Source: Malacoraja senta
Taxonomy: Eukaryota
NCBI GenBank assembly: GCA_038087875.1
Contig: CM075999.1
Coordinates: forward strand, 3,844,001 to 3,908,000
Reading direction: 5' to 3'
DNA: 64,000 nt
In this document: in pieces, positions 51,401 through 63,814 of the stretch
Layout of the letters: the number at the start of each line of letters is the position of its first letter
Position numbering within the stretch: the stretch's first letter is position 1
Made by a program: the position numbers and the translations under genes
The notes under the pieces: generated by a model
Databases searched by the model: none
What the model saw: only the letters and a program-made list of their open reading frames with translations
What the model was told of the DNA's origin: nothing

Positions 51401-51976
51401 ATGCATTCCTCAGTTCATTAAGCAACCCTTCAGCAGCATAACCAGGATTCTCGTGCTATCCATTAACTGATATTACTGAATAAAGGTTTTGTCTGGCCAC
51501 GTTAACAGCTAATGGTATTCCACTTATACTTATCCCCATTGATAATAGGCAGAACACAATGGTGACTAACATGCCCAACCAAATGCAATCCTATAGTGGG
51601 TTAACGTATGAAGAGTGACAGCACTGGGCCTGCACTCACTGGAGTTTAGAAGGATGAGGGAGTACCTCATTGAGACTTACTGAATAGTGAAAAGCCTGGA
51701 TAGAGGGGATGTGGAGAAGTGGGAGAGTCTAGGATCACAAGCCATAGCCTTGGAATTAACGGACGTAACTTTAGAAAGGAGATGAAACGGAATTTATTTA
51801 GTCAGGGTGGTGAATCTGGAATTCTTTCCCACAGACGGCGGAGGAGGCCAAGTCAATAGATATTTTTACGGTGGAGATTGACAGATTCTAGATTAGTACG
51901 GGTGTCGGGGGTTATGGGGAGAAGGCAGGAGAATGGGATCAAGAGGGAAAGAGATTAGCTATGATTGATTGGGATA

Positions 51977-52640
51977 GGTAGACACAAAATGCTGGAGTAA
52001 CTCAGTGGGACAAGCAGCATCTCTGGAGAGAAGGAATGGGTGACGTTTTGGGTCGAGACCCTTCAGACTGATGTCGGGAGTGGGTGGGACAGATAGAATG
52101 TAGTCGGTGACAGACGGGAGAACTGGGAAGGGAGAGGGGATGGAGAGAGGGAAAGCAAGGGCTATTTGAAGTTAGAGAAGTCAATGTTCATATCGCTGGG
52201 GTGTAAGCTACCCAAGCGAAATATGAGGTGCCGTTCATCCAATTTGCGCTGGGCCTCACTTTGACAATGGAGGAGGCCCAGGACAGAAAGGTCAGAATGG
52301 GAGGGGGAGTTGAAGTGCTGGGCCACCGGGAGATCAGGTAGGTTAAGGCGGACTGATGGAAGTGTTCAGCGAAACGATTGCCGAGCCTGCGCTTGCTCTC
52401 CCCGATGGACAGAAGTTGACACCTGGAACAGCGGATACAGCAGATGAGGTTAGAGGAGGTGCAAGTGAACCTCTGCCTCACCTGAAAAGACTGTCGGGGT
52501 CCTTGGATGGAGTCGAGGGGGGAGGAAGAAGGGTCTCGAACGTCACCCATTCCTTCTCTCCAGAGTTGCTGCCTGTCCTGAGTTACTCCAGCATTTTGTG
52601 TGTACCTTCGATTTAAACCAGCATCTGCAGTTCTTTCCTG
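51977..52640 (-). mobile_element. 5'-truncated Penelope-like element with an inverted terminal repeat at the truncation point
   Basis: FTCTSSNLICCIRCSRCQLLSIGESKRRLGNRFAEH is a Penelope GIY-YIG endonuclease. Terminal repeat at 51977-52070, inverted copy at 52525-52640. Confidence 0.85.
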
Positions 52641-52858
52641 CATATTGATTAGCATAGACTTGATGGGCCCAATTGCCTTATTCTGCTCCTATCACTTATG
52701 AACTTATACTTGGCCACTGGGTAACAAGCAAATACAGAGAGTGTGGTTTCAATTAGCACAGGAGCCACACAATGAACTAGATGGAAGCCCCAAAGTGCAA
52801 ACTCAATTATCTCTGGACCAAAAGACAAACAACCCAACTGGGGGGGAAAATGAAAATC

Positions 52859-52864
52859 TTTATT
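52859..52864 (-). terminator. Probable PNRC2 polyadenylation signal
   Basis: AATAAA on the - strand at the end of ~2 kb of repeat-poor AT-rich sequence downstream of the stop codon. Confidence 0.5.
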
Positions 52865-54847
52865 GATATATAAATCATCACACTACCATTCAATTAAATA
52901 CATATTTTAAATTCATTGACTTAATTTGGTTTCAACAGTAATTGGAATAATTCCATTATTGTATTTAACTTGTCCATCAAATCTAATTTGGGGAGATTAT
53001 AAATAAAAAAAACATGAACTTTTTTCTGGATTTTGGGCTGCTGAATTGGGACATTTGTACCCAAGTTAGTTATGATATTTTGTATTCAAATAGTAGCCCC
53101 TCTACCAGGCATTAACTGAGAGGCAACAGAATGCCCATTATTGAATAAATGTCTCTGCTTTATATAATAAAAGGCCAAATAGCAAACATGACATTCTGGG
53201 GAATTCTGAGTGCTCACTGAATTACAATTCAATCAAATGTAATTATTACAGAATGAGTTATTGAAAATTTATATCAAACCCAATTTCTAAATATTAAGGC
53301 AAAAGAAGTATCCAAGCCGCATGCGATGAATGGGCTCCATTGGTGTGTATAAATTGTTTTTGCAATCTTTTCCCGGTTCTGAGGAAACATGAAGTAATCA
53401 GCTTTGATCCACGATTTAAAAGATTAACAAAGAACATGGTACACCATTGCACAAGTGCGATCAAAAACTGAGGCATCAATCCAGGCTCATTCCAATCCTG
53501 ACATTAACAGTACAGAATCCATACTTGTGTTACATTTTGCCTACCATTGATAAAAGGATTACCAAATGCAATGTCAAATATGATCAGGTAACTACTGTAC
53601 ATTGAGAATAATGTATGACAGCTACAGGTTTGGCGCAGCAACCTCATTCTGTATTTTTTTTAAATAGGAAATGAGATATTATTTCTGCAACTTAGTTCTT
53701 TTTTTAAAAATTGCTCATTGTCACACCCGCAATCGCAGCTTTCAGGTTACATTGTGAAAAACTTAACTTTTTCTTATTCATTTGTGGGGTTTTTTAAAGA
53801 AAATTCATCTTGGGTTTACACGAAAGATGGCATTGTTTACACTGACCTATCGTACCAAAATACTTTATCTACAGGGACACCCTGTTTTAAAATATACATA
53901 TGCACATTCTTAATCCTTGTATACTGTCAGAAGTTGTAACAGTAACAAACTCATAATCCCTGTACAAGAGTTATTTTTGGCAAATGATAAAATCTAAAAC
54001 CAAATTTGGATTCCAGGTTTGCATCAAAGCAAAGGAACAGATGTTTGAAAGACCAAAGGCTTAGGAGAGGCAAGATGAAAACTTGCTCAAATGAAACCAT
54101 TTACGAAGATCTGCTTTGGTCAGCAGTGATTGGCAGGCAACATGATAGCTCAATGACTTTTCTGTGTTAATACAACTGAACAGGTAGTTTTAAGTAATTG
54201 CCTGTTCAATAAATACACTTACTCAGTTGGTTGGTAACATTAAAAATACTTTTCTCAATAAAAGTGAACAATAAAACAAGGGGGCTCTGCAAGGAGTTGA
54301 TGCTGGAGATTATGGCTGTGGCTTGTTGCCTGCCCTGTGTACAAGCCGTCTCCAACAGACAACAGTTCAATGATCAAGAGTTGCAAAAATCCCATTGAAG
54401 AATGGATGTAGTGAAACGTATGTAGCACATGAGCTACACATACAACCTGTGTTGGTTAATTGCAGCTGGACAATTGGGAAAGGAAGCAACATTAAAGCTG
54501 CCTCAGTACTTTGGACCCAAGTGGATGACACACCAACTTCATTGCACATTGGAACATGCCCAGCAATGGGAGACTGTCAGCCACAGAACTCAGCTCTTTC
54601 CTCTTTAAGGAAGAAGTGGGAAAGGCAGGCAAAGCTGGAAGATAAAACAACTTCACTTATGCAATACTAAGTCCAAGCTGCACAAAGGCGCCAAGCTGGG
54701 CCAATGTACACAAAGCAAGTAAACACCCTGGGTGGGTAATTAAAGGCAGCGGTGTGGTTGAAAATGTTAAACTCTACTGAAAGATGGAATTAAAAACAAA
54801 AACAAGAATGCCAGCCCTGGACAAACCCCCCACGTTTGAGCTACAGT

Positions 54848-55285
54848 CTATGCTTGCACTTTAAGTAAGGTCTTCAATTGAAAGGCCATGTCACTGTGAT
54901 CAGAAGGGTCCAGGGGAATATGTACCCAGTGGCTTGGTGGTTTGGGTAACACACTTGGTGATGGTGGCTCACTGAACTTTGCTCCAGCGTAGTGCTGGTC
55001 ACACTGTGACCGGAGTAGTGCACCTGAGCTGCCCACAACAGCCTCCCAGCTCTGACTATTGGTAAAGTGCATAACATTTGTTGCTTCCTTCTGCGCGACC
55101 CGATACACGTCAGACATGAACGAACAGCATCCGTGAGCCTTCTCGCCTTTCTTGTGCGCCATCTTCACGTGGTTGACGTCGTCATCTCTGCCGTTCTGGC
55201 GGTCATTGGTCAAGTGCTCATTTCTCTTGGCAGTGGCGTAGCACGGCTGTGATATTGGAATGTTCAGTCGCTCAACACCTCCCAT
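54848..55285 (-). CDS. PNRC2: Proline-rich nuclear receptor coactivator 2, 145 aa
   Basis: N-terminus [10 protein letters not shown], then [22 protein letters not shown] and NR box LKTLL. Acceptor cacacag at 55301. Confidence 0.97.
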   Translation of the reverse strand: MGGVERLNIPISQPCYATAKRNEHLTNDRQNGRDDDVNHVKMAHKKGEKAHGCCSFMSDVYRVAQKEATNVMHFTNSQSWEAVVGSSGALLRSQCDQHYAGAKFSEPPSPSVLPKPPSHWVHIPLDPSDHSDMAFQLKTLLKVQA

Positions 55286-56297
55286 CTTCCTCTAAACAAC
55301 CTGTGTGGACTGAAACAAAAAGCTTTGTTTAGATTAGAGATGAGGCTAGCACTCCGGCCCGCCGGGTCCACGCCATCCATCAATCACTTTTTAGTTTAGT
55401 TTATTGTCACGTGTACCAAGGTCCAGTGAAAAGCTTTTGTTGCGCGCTATCCAGTCAGCGGAAAGACAATTCATGATTACCACTAGCACCATCCTACACA
55501 CACTAGAGACAATTTCCAATTCTTATCGAAGCCAATTAACCTACAAACCTGCACGTCTTTGGAGTGTGGGAGGAAACCAGGGCACCCAGAGAAAACCCAC
55601 GCGGTCACGGGGAGAACGTACAAACTCCGTACAGACAGCACCCGTAGTCAGGGTCGAACCCAGGTCTCTGGCGCTGTGAGGCAGCAACTCTACCGCTGCC
55701 CCACCGTTATCCCACTTTCTCATCCACTCCGAAAACACTTGGGGCAATTTACAGAGGTCAAATAACCTACAAACCCACACGTCCTTTGAATGTGGAAAGA
55801 AACTCAAGCAACCACAAGGAGAATGTACACACTCCGCACAGACAGCAACTCTAGTCAGGATCAAAGCCAGGTCTCTGCTGCTGTGAGGCAGCAGCTCTCA
55901 CTGTCGCCCACAACTTTTTCTGCAACGCCTGAATAAACTAAGGTACACCTTAAAATGCTTGAACAACATTTTAACTTCAGCAGGGCATCTACATGTTTTG
56001 TGCATAGAAATATTACAATGTTAAAGATGAGAATTGAAGCTTTGATGCTTATGACAACACTGAGACAGCAGCAAACTCTCATTCATTGAACATCCCAACA
56101 CATAAAACTTTGCTGCCTCAAAGTAGAGCTTGGCAATTAAACCAACGCACCAATAACCCAGCGACAAGCTCACATCCCAGTTTCCCAGTCACATTAAACA
56201 TGTTTACCCAGCACAAGGGCAATACATGTTGTTGCCCACAGCCAAGCTGAATAGGTGGGGAGAATGCACACTTTCCCCAGGGCAGAATAGGTTTAAG

Positions 56298-56935
56298 GTG
56301 AGATAGGAGCAGAATCAGGCCATTCGGCCCATCAAGTTTACTCTGCCATTCAATCATGGCTGATCTATCTTCCCCTCTCAACCCATTCACCTGCCTCCTC
56401 CCCATAAACCCTGACACCCAAACTAATCAAGAATCTATCAATCTCCACCTTAAAACTATCCATTGATGGCCACAGCCTTCTGTGGCAATGAATTCCACAG
56501 ATTCACCACCTTCTGACTGAAGAAATTCCTCCTCATCTCCTTTCTAAAGGTAGGTCCATGAATTCTGAGGCTGTGCCCTCTGGTCCTAGACTCTTCAACC
56601 AATGGAAATGGAAACATATTCTCCACAACCACTCTATCCAGGCCTTTCACTATTCACTAAGTTTCAATGAGGTCCCCGCTCATCCTTCGAAACTCCAGCG
56701 AGTACAGTCTGACTGACAAATGCTTATCATAGGTTAACCTACTCATTCCTGTGATAATTCTTGTAAACCTCCTCTGGAACCTCTCCAGAGCCAGCACATC
56801 CTTCCTCAGATATGGAGCCCTAAACTGCTTACAGTACTCCAAATGTGGTCTGACCAGCGCCTTATAGAGCCTCAGCATTACATCTCTATTTTTATATTTG
56901 AGCCCTCTTGAAATAAATGTAACATTGCATTTGCC
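56298..56935 (-). mobile_element. CR1 LINE 3' fragment
   Basis: LYKALVRPHLEYC...SRTRGHSLRI...VVNLWNSLPQ. Confidence 0.85.
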
Positions 56936-57654
56936 TGAAGGGAGAAAGATGTAGTAGGAACCCGAGAGCTACTTTTTTTTCACTTGGTGGGGGGAGGGGA
57001 GGTGTGGGTTTCTGAAATGAGCTGCCAGAGGAAGTGGTTGAGGCAGGTTCAAGAACATTTAAAAGACACTTGGGCAGGTACATGGATAGGAAACGTTTCG
57101 AGGGTCACGGGGCCCAAACGTGAGGAATTAGACAGGGCATCTTGGTAGTCTTCGATGAGTTGGGCTCAAGGGCCTTTCCTTGCTGTATGACTGTAACCAG
57201 AGTTCAAGCATTGAAAATTGACTATTTGGAGGTGGAGATGGAGAGGAACTGTGTCTTCAACAAGTCTGAGTGTTTGGAAATTCATGGGAGGTGTTGAATA
57301 TATTCAGGCCAGGATTGGAGTGACCCAGAAGTGTTATGGGCGGCACGGTGGCGCAGTGGTAGAGTTGCTGCCTTCCACTGCCAGAGACCCAGGTTTGATC
57401 CTGACTACGGGTGCTTGTATGTACGTTCTCCCTGTGACTGTGTGGGTTTTCTCTGGGTGCTCTGGTTTCCTCCAACACTCCAAAGATGCACAGGTTTGAG
57501 GGGTTAAATGGCTTGGTATAATTGTAAATTGTCCCTAGTGTGTGTAGAATTGTGTTAATGTGCGGGGATTGCCAGTCGACACGGACTCGGTGGGCCGAAG
57601 GGCCTGTTTCTGCGCTGTATCTCTAAACAAAACTAAACAATCCCATTTCATTAT

Positions 57655-58335
57655 TGATGAATGGCACTGAAAGTAAGCTTGCAGGTAGAGCAGGCAGTGA
57701 AGAAAGCGAATGGCATGTTGCCCTTCATAACAAGAGGAGTTGAGTATTGGTTGTACAGGACCCTAGTGAGACCACACCTGGAGTATTGTGTGCAGTTTTG
57801 GTCTCCAAATTTGAGGAAGGACATTCTTGCTATTGAGGGAGTGTAACGTAGGTTCACGAGGTTAATTCCAGGGATGGCGGGACTGTCATATGTTGATAGA
57901 ATGGAGCAGCTGGGCTTGTATAATATGGAATTCAGAAGGATGAGAGGGTGTCTTATTAAAACATATGAATATTAAGGGTTTGGACATGCTAGAGTCAAGA
58001 AACATGTTCCCGATGTTGGGAGAGTCCAGAACCAGGGGCCATAGTTTAAGAATAAGGGGTAAGACATTTAGAACGGAGATGAGGAAAAACTTTTTCACCC
58101 AGAGAGTTGTGAATCTGTGGAATTCTCTGCCTCAGAGGGCAGTGGAGGCCAATTCTCTGGAGGCTTTCAAGAGAGAGTTAGATAGATCTCTTAAAGATAG
58201 CGGTCAGGGGATATGGGGAGAAGGCAGGAACGGGGTACTGATTGTGGATGATCGGCCACGATCACATTGAATGGCTGTGCTGGCTCAAAGGGCCGAATGG
58301 CCTAATCCTGCACCCATTGTCTATTGTCTATTGAT
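57655..58335 (+). mobile_element. CR1 LINE 3' fragment
   Basis: AVKKANGML...LVRPHLEYCVQFWSPNLRKD, with a cattgtctattgtcta tail. Confidence 0.9.
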
Positions 58336-58364
58336 AGTAATTTAAAAAAAGGGAATTTAATCAC

Positions 58365-58490
58365 CTGAATTTAAAGTTTTTAACTGCTCTGGTGGGATTT
58401 AAATTCCAAGGCCGGCATTCAATAGCGCAAGCTGCACAGTCCACAGATGGTGAGACCACAGCCCCCATACTACACACTTGCTCCCCCATT
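58365..58490 (-). other. Candidate PNRC2 5'-leader exon carrying a uORF (5' boundary uncertain)
   Basis: Unique sequence between repeats. Donor CAG|GTGATT at 58365/58364. Open frame from the ATG at 58489. Confidence 0.5.
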
Positions 58491-60039
58491 CTGAAGGCAG
58501 GTTTCTGCTACAGCGCGGTCAACCAAAGGTTTATCAGACAAACAGAAGCCGACTGTTTTCAAACTGAGAGGCCTCAAGGCCAGCTAGACCCACCGAACCT
58601 TAAAGCGGGTAGCTACCGACAATGTGGATGTGTTGATAGCTCCCACAGTATTGGAAAACAGTGAATGTAAAGGCACTATTCATGGAGAGAGGCAGGAAGA
58701 AGGAAACTGTAGGAAAATTGCTGGAATGCACGAAGGAGGTAACAGCAGGTCATTTGGAAAATCATAAAGCAACGAAGTGGAGGTAACAGTTTTATGACAT
58801 GGAAATATGGTAGTGCCGGAGTAAGATGGAGACATAACAAATGGGGAGGGGGGGGAGCGAGGATGAAGCCGGCAAATCAGAAGCTGAGGCACAAGTTCAG
58901 GGGGCTTTCCCGTTGGTGGGAATGTGCAGTCATTCCCATCGGGATCATTGGTTAACAAACAATAGGAATAAAGACGATTGAATCTGAAGATAGGTCCCGA
59001 CCTGAAATGTCGCTCATCCTCTTTCTCCAGAGATGTTGTCTGACCCTCTGAGCTACTCCAGCACTTTGTGTCTATTTTTGGTATGGACCAGCATCTGCTG
59101 TTCTGTTTCTACAATAGGGATGCAGTAATCCTTTCCTCTGCTTTCACTTGTCTACTTATCTTGCACCTTTTTGTCTCCTTTTCATCTCAATAGTCCAGTC
59201 ACCCCTTGCCGGGGGGGGGGGGGGGGTGCTGCCACAGACTCTTGCTCTTAACTTTACCCCATTGCACTCATCTGATTTAGCATGACAACTTTGTAACATT
59301 AGACGGCACGGTGGCGCAGCGGTAGAGTTGGCGTCTCACAGCGCCAGAGACCCGGGTTCAATCCTGACCTCTGGTGCTGCTCGTACAGAGTTTGTACGTT
59401 CTCCCTGGGACCTTGTGGGTTTTCTCCGGGTGCTCCGGTTTCCTCCCACACTCCAAAGACGTACAGGTTTGTAGGTTAATTGGCCTCTGTAAATTGTGCC
59501 TAGGGTGTCGGCTAGAACTAGTGTACGGAGTATCCAAGTGATTCTTGTTCGCCGTGGTCTCTTGACCAAAGGGCCTGTTTCCACATTGTATCACTCAACT
59601 AAAATTATTTGACCCTCTTAGAACATAGAACACAGTACAGCAGAAGATCAGGCCCTTCAGCCCACAATGTTTGTGCCTCATTGCTCTGTGTTTGGGAATA
59701 TTGTTTCTGACACACATCCGATGAAAGTAAATAGTTATGAACAAATGTACAAGTCAGCGCTTCACCCTGTACCCACCCCCAGTGTGTGGATAGTGAAATG
59801 GAGGGGTCCTGGTCTTTGGGCAGGGGGTTGGGGTTCAGAGAAGGGGGGGACCGGAGGGGGCTGGGGTCTGGGGGGGGAGGGGAGGGAAGAGGGTCTAGGG
59901 GGGGGTGCGGGAGCAGGGAAGGGGGTTGGTGAAGGGGTCGGTGGGGGGGAGGGGAGCAAGCGTCTGGGGTCGTGGGGGAGGGTCCGGGGGGGGGGTCAGG
60001 GAGCAGGGGACAGGCGCGGGTTGGGGTGCAGAGAAAGGG

Positions 60040-60480
60040 GGGTCTCGAGGGGACTGTGGTCCGCGGGGGGGGGGTCCGGGGTCCGGGAGCAGCCGCGGTG
60101 GGTAACTGATCCACCGTAACCCCCCCACCTACCTGGCAGCGAGGGCAGGAGCCCCGCGGAAACTCTCCCCGGCAGCTGCAGCGGGTCTCGGGCGCGGAGT
60201 GAGGCCGACATGGGCGCGCCCCTGGCGGGGAGAGAGGCACAAGGAGGCGGCGGGGACGGTGACCGCGGCCCGGGAGCGGAACGGGCGGCGCAACTTTCAA
60301 ATCAAGTCCCAACTCCGCCCCTTCCCACCCCCCCCCCCTCCGCCCGCCCAGAGACGGAGCGCTCCCTCCCCCCCACACCACACGCTCCCTCCCCCCCACA
60401 CCACACGCTCCCTCCCCCCCACATCACACGCTCCCTCCCCCCGGAGAGGGAGCGCTCCCTCCCCCCGTGAGAGTGAAAAG
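60040..60480 (-). promoter_or_regulatory. CpG island / promoter and non-coding exon 1 of PNRC2
   Basis: CpG-rich, with a strong donor CAG|GTAGGT at 60133/60132 on the - strand and G-rich flanks. Confidence 0.7.
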
Positions 60481-60609
60481 CGATCCAGACAGATCAGATA
60501 TTCTGTACATAAATACACTCAGTTCAAACTCAAGTACAATAGAAGGCAGACAAAAATGCTGGAGAATCTCAGCGGGTGAGGCAGCATCTATGGAGCGAAG
60601 GAAATAGGC

Positions 60610-60637
60610 AACGTTTCGGGCCGAAACCCTTCTTCAG
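60610..60637 (-). ncRNA. Minimal type I hammerhead-ribozyme core in a Penelope terminal repeat
   Basis: - strand reads CUGAAGA-A-GGGU(UUCG)GCCC-GAAAC-GUU. An identical copy is at 63877-63904. Confidence 0.55.
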
Positions 60638-61410
60638 ACACAATAGAGCCAGGGAAAGGGACCGTGGGAGAACAGGAGGCAGGGATTGGGGAATGGATGG
60701 CGACCGGTTTGGGAAATGCCCCCATTCCATGGGCAAGGGTCACACTAAATGTCCCATTTGAGCTCCTCTGACTTCGTCCCCTCTCATTTTCCACCAAATT
60801 CAAAATTAAGACAACAAAACACTTCATAGAGTCATCCAACATGGAAACAGGCCATTCAACCCAACTCAACCAAAATGCCTATCCAACCTAGTCCATTTGC
60901 CCATATTTGGCTCATATCCCTCTAAACCTTTCCTATCCATTAACCTGTCCAGGTGTCTTTCAAATGTTGTTATGGTATCTGCCATTGTAGAGAGTTTGGT
61001 ACACAGCAAAGAAACAGGCCCTTCAGCCCAACCTGTTCATGCAACCAAGACGTCTACCTGAACTAGTCCCAGGTATGTGGGTTCAGTCCCTTATCACTAA
61101 ACCTTTGGAGTCACAAGGAACTGCAGATGCTGTTTACCAAAAAAAGCCACAAAAGTGCTGCCCAGCGGCATTTCCAAAAACCATGAAGAGGTGAAATTTC
61201 AGGTGGGGATCCTTGACGTTGCAGAACTTTACCCAAAGGTGTTTTATGTTTTGACTCATGAAGAAGGCATCGTTTACCGAAACTGTATGTGATGGATGGT
61301 CAGAAGAATTCCCTGTCTATGATGTCATCAGTCTGAAGACACATCACCTATCCATGTTCTTTCAATCTGAAGAAGGGCCCCAACCCGAAACATCACCCAT
61401 CCTTTTTCTC

Positions 61411-61657
61411 CAGAAATGCTGCCTGACTCGCTGAGTTACTCCAGCACTTTGTGTCTTTCTTAGGAGATGCTGCCTGACCACTTAGTTACTCCAGCACTTT
61501 GTGTCTTTCTTGGGAGATGGTGTCTGACCCATGTAGTTACTTAATGCACTTTGTGTCTTTCTTGGGAGATGCTGCCTGACCACTTAGTTACACCAGCACT
61601 TGGTGTCTTTTTGGGAGATGCTGCCTGACCCATGTAGTTACTCCAGCACTCTGTGTC
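61411..61657 (+). repeat. Minisatellite, ~5 x 50 bp, Penelope-terminal-repeat derived
   Basis: ggagatg...tgacc...agttac...gcactttgtgtctt recurs at ~61463, 61513, 61565 and 61614. Confidence 0.85.
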
Positions 61658-62069
61658 CACCGAGTTCATCTTCTGACTTGGCATGTCGCAACCCTGCGGG
61701 AATAACACGGAATTCAAGAACTTCAGATAGCCAGCTTTTCCAGTTTGCCTTGGTTGGTTCTGGTGAAAGATTTACTTGGTGTTTGTTTTAGCTTATTATT
61801 ACCATGTGTACAGTGAAAAGCCTTGATTGCGTGCTATCCATTCATACTGCCATGAGTACAATCAAACCATACCAAGTACAACAGATAGTACAAAGCAAAA
61901 AATATAGAGTTACAGGGTTGTCGTGTTACAGTTACAGAGAAAAAATATGTAGGTTGGGAGATGGGGACTACACCCAAGACTATGGGAGACTCAGGAGGTG
62001 ATAACAGTGAGGAAGAAGCTGTTCCTGAATCTAGTGGCACCTGATTCAGTGCAATATTGTAGGTGATTT

Positions 62070-62632
62070 GTGAGACTACACCTGGAGTATTGTGTGCAGT
62101 TTTGGTCCCCTAATTTGAGGAAGGACATTCTTGCTATTGAGGGAGTGCAGCGTAGGTTTACGAGGTTAATTCCCAGGATGGCGGGACTGTTGTCTGCTGA
62201 GAGAATGGAGCGGCTGGGCTTGTACACCCTGCAGTTTAGAAGGATGAGAGGGATCTCTTTAAAACATATAAGATTATCAAGGGTTTGAACACGCTAGAGG
62301 CAGGAAACATGTTCCCGATGTTGGGGGAGTCCAGAACCAGGAGCCACAGTTTAAGAATAAGGGGTAAGCCATTTAGAACGGAGACGAGGAAACACTTTTT
62401 GTCACAGAGAGTTGTGAGTCTGTGGAATTCTCTGCCTCAGAGGGCGGGGGAGGCCGGTTCTCTGGATACTTTCAAGAGAGAGCCAGATAGGGCTCTTAAA
62501 GATAGCGGAGTTAGGGGATATGGGGAGAAGGCAAGAATGGGATACTGATTGTGGATGATCAGCCATGATCACATTGAATGGCGGTGCTGGCTCAAAGGGC
62601 CGAATGGCCTACTCCTGCACCTATTGTCTATG
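62070..62632 (+). mobile_element. CR1 LINE 3' fragment
   Basis: HLEYCVQFWSPNLRKD...SRTRSHSLRIRG, with 3' tail. Confidence 0.9.
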
Positions 62633-63032
62633 GTGATTATTTTATATAAAACGATTCAGATATTTCAACAAATTGAGCACAATAAAGAGCAATGAACTTC
62701 TCCTACCAGTTTGACCTTGCAGTTATCATCTTCTTGGATGCTTGAGATTCTCTCACAGTATCATTCACTGTTGATCACCTATTGTCTATTGTCTAGAACA
62801 TGGAGCAGTACAGCACAGGAACAGGCCCTTAATGGGCCGAATGGCCTAATTCTGCGCTTATAATTTATGAACTGCCTCAACCACCACCCCAGGCACCCAC
62901 TACCCTCTGCAGCAAAAACTCCAGACGCATCTCCTTTCTATTTTGCCTCTGTCGCCATGGCAACGTCTCAAGTTTACTCCGCCTAATTCTGCCTGGAATT
63001 ATTTTTTGACCAGTTTAATTTTTATTCTGCAG

Positions 63033-63317
63033 CGTACTACACAGAACCCAAGCTATTGATCGGGTTCACGCCATCTGGGTGGACATTCACATTGGTGTCC
63101 CGTTGTTACCCTGAAGCCAGTGATTGTTGGAACAGTGCAGGGAGGAAGAACATCTCCTTCCAGTCCAAGACCTGGCACCAACGAAGCGGAGATGGTCTCT
63201 ACTCGCTGCAGAGTATTCTGGCAGTCGCCAATAGCAACAGGAGCTCCAGCTACAGCTTTGAGTTAAGGAATGACGTATTACAGCAGTCGGTCTCCAGAAC
63301 ATTCAATCTCTCCGTAG
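63033..63317 (+). CDS. Isolated exon encoding a B7-family (CD276/VTCN1/HHLA2-like) IgC domain; may be a pseudogene remnant
   Basis: Acceptor tttttattctgcag and donor TAG|GTATGT. Phase 1-1, 285 nt, open frame YYTEPKLLIG...CYPEASDCW...GLYSLQSILAV...YSFELRNDVLQQSVSRTFNLSV. Confidence 0.7.
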
Positions 63318-63443
63318 GTATGTGAACTGCGTTGTCCTTTATCCCACAGGCTGAGCAGACACGTGAGAGTGGTCGGGAAAGTGTTGGAGAAAATCCTCAG
63401 TGGAATGGTTTTCTGTACATTTGGACAGTCATCAGCGATAGGC

Positions 63444-63620
63444 TGTGTGTGTGTGTGTGTGTGTGTGCGTGCGTGTGTGTCTGCATGCCCGTGTGTGTGT
63501 GTGTGTGTGTCTCTGTGCCTGTGTGTCGGTCCGTGTATGTTTGTCTGTGCATGGTCTGTGTGTGTGTGTGCTGTGCTTCTATCTGTGTGCTTGTGTGTGT
63601 CTGAGTGTATGGCTGCGTGT
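63444..63620 (+). repeat. Imperfect (TG)n microsatellite
   Basis: Direct observation. Confidence 0.95.
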
Positions 63621-63814
63621 GCATCCACGTCTGTATCTGCCTAGCGAGAGGCTGGGACACATGGGATCCAAGGTGTGCAGCAAGCTGGATCCAAACTGGC
63701 TCAGTGAGAAGGGTGACAAAGGGTGGTGGATGTATGAAACGAGCTGCCAGAGGAGGTAGTTGAGGCGGGTCTACAGCGACGTTAAAGAAGCAGTTAGACA
63801 TGTACATGGATAGT

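Noticed and set aside
59605-60579. 264-aa Pro-rich ORF and overlapping ORFs
   Set aside because: Low-complexity G/C tracts of the PNRC2 promoter, with no recognisable domain.
63278-63807. His/Thr- and Cys/Val-rich ORFs
   Set aside because: Translations of the (TG)n microsatellite.
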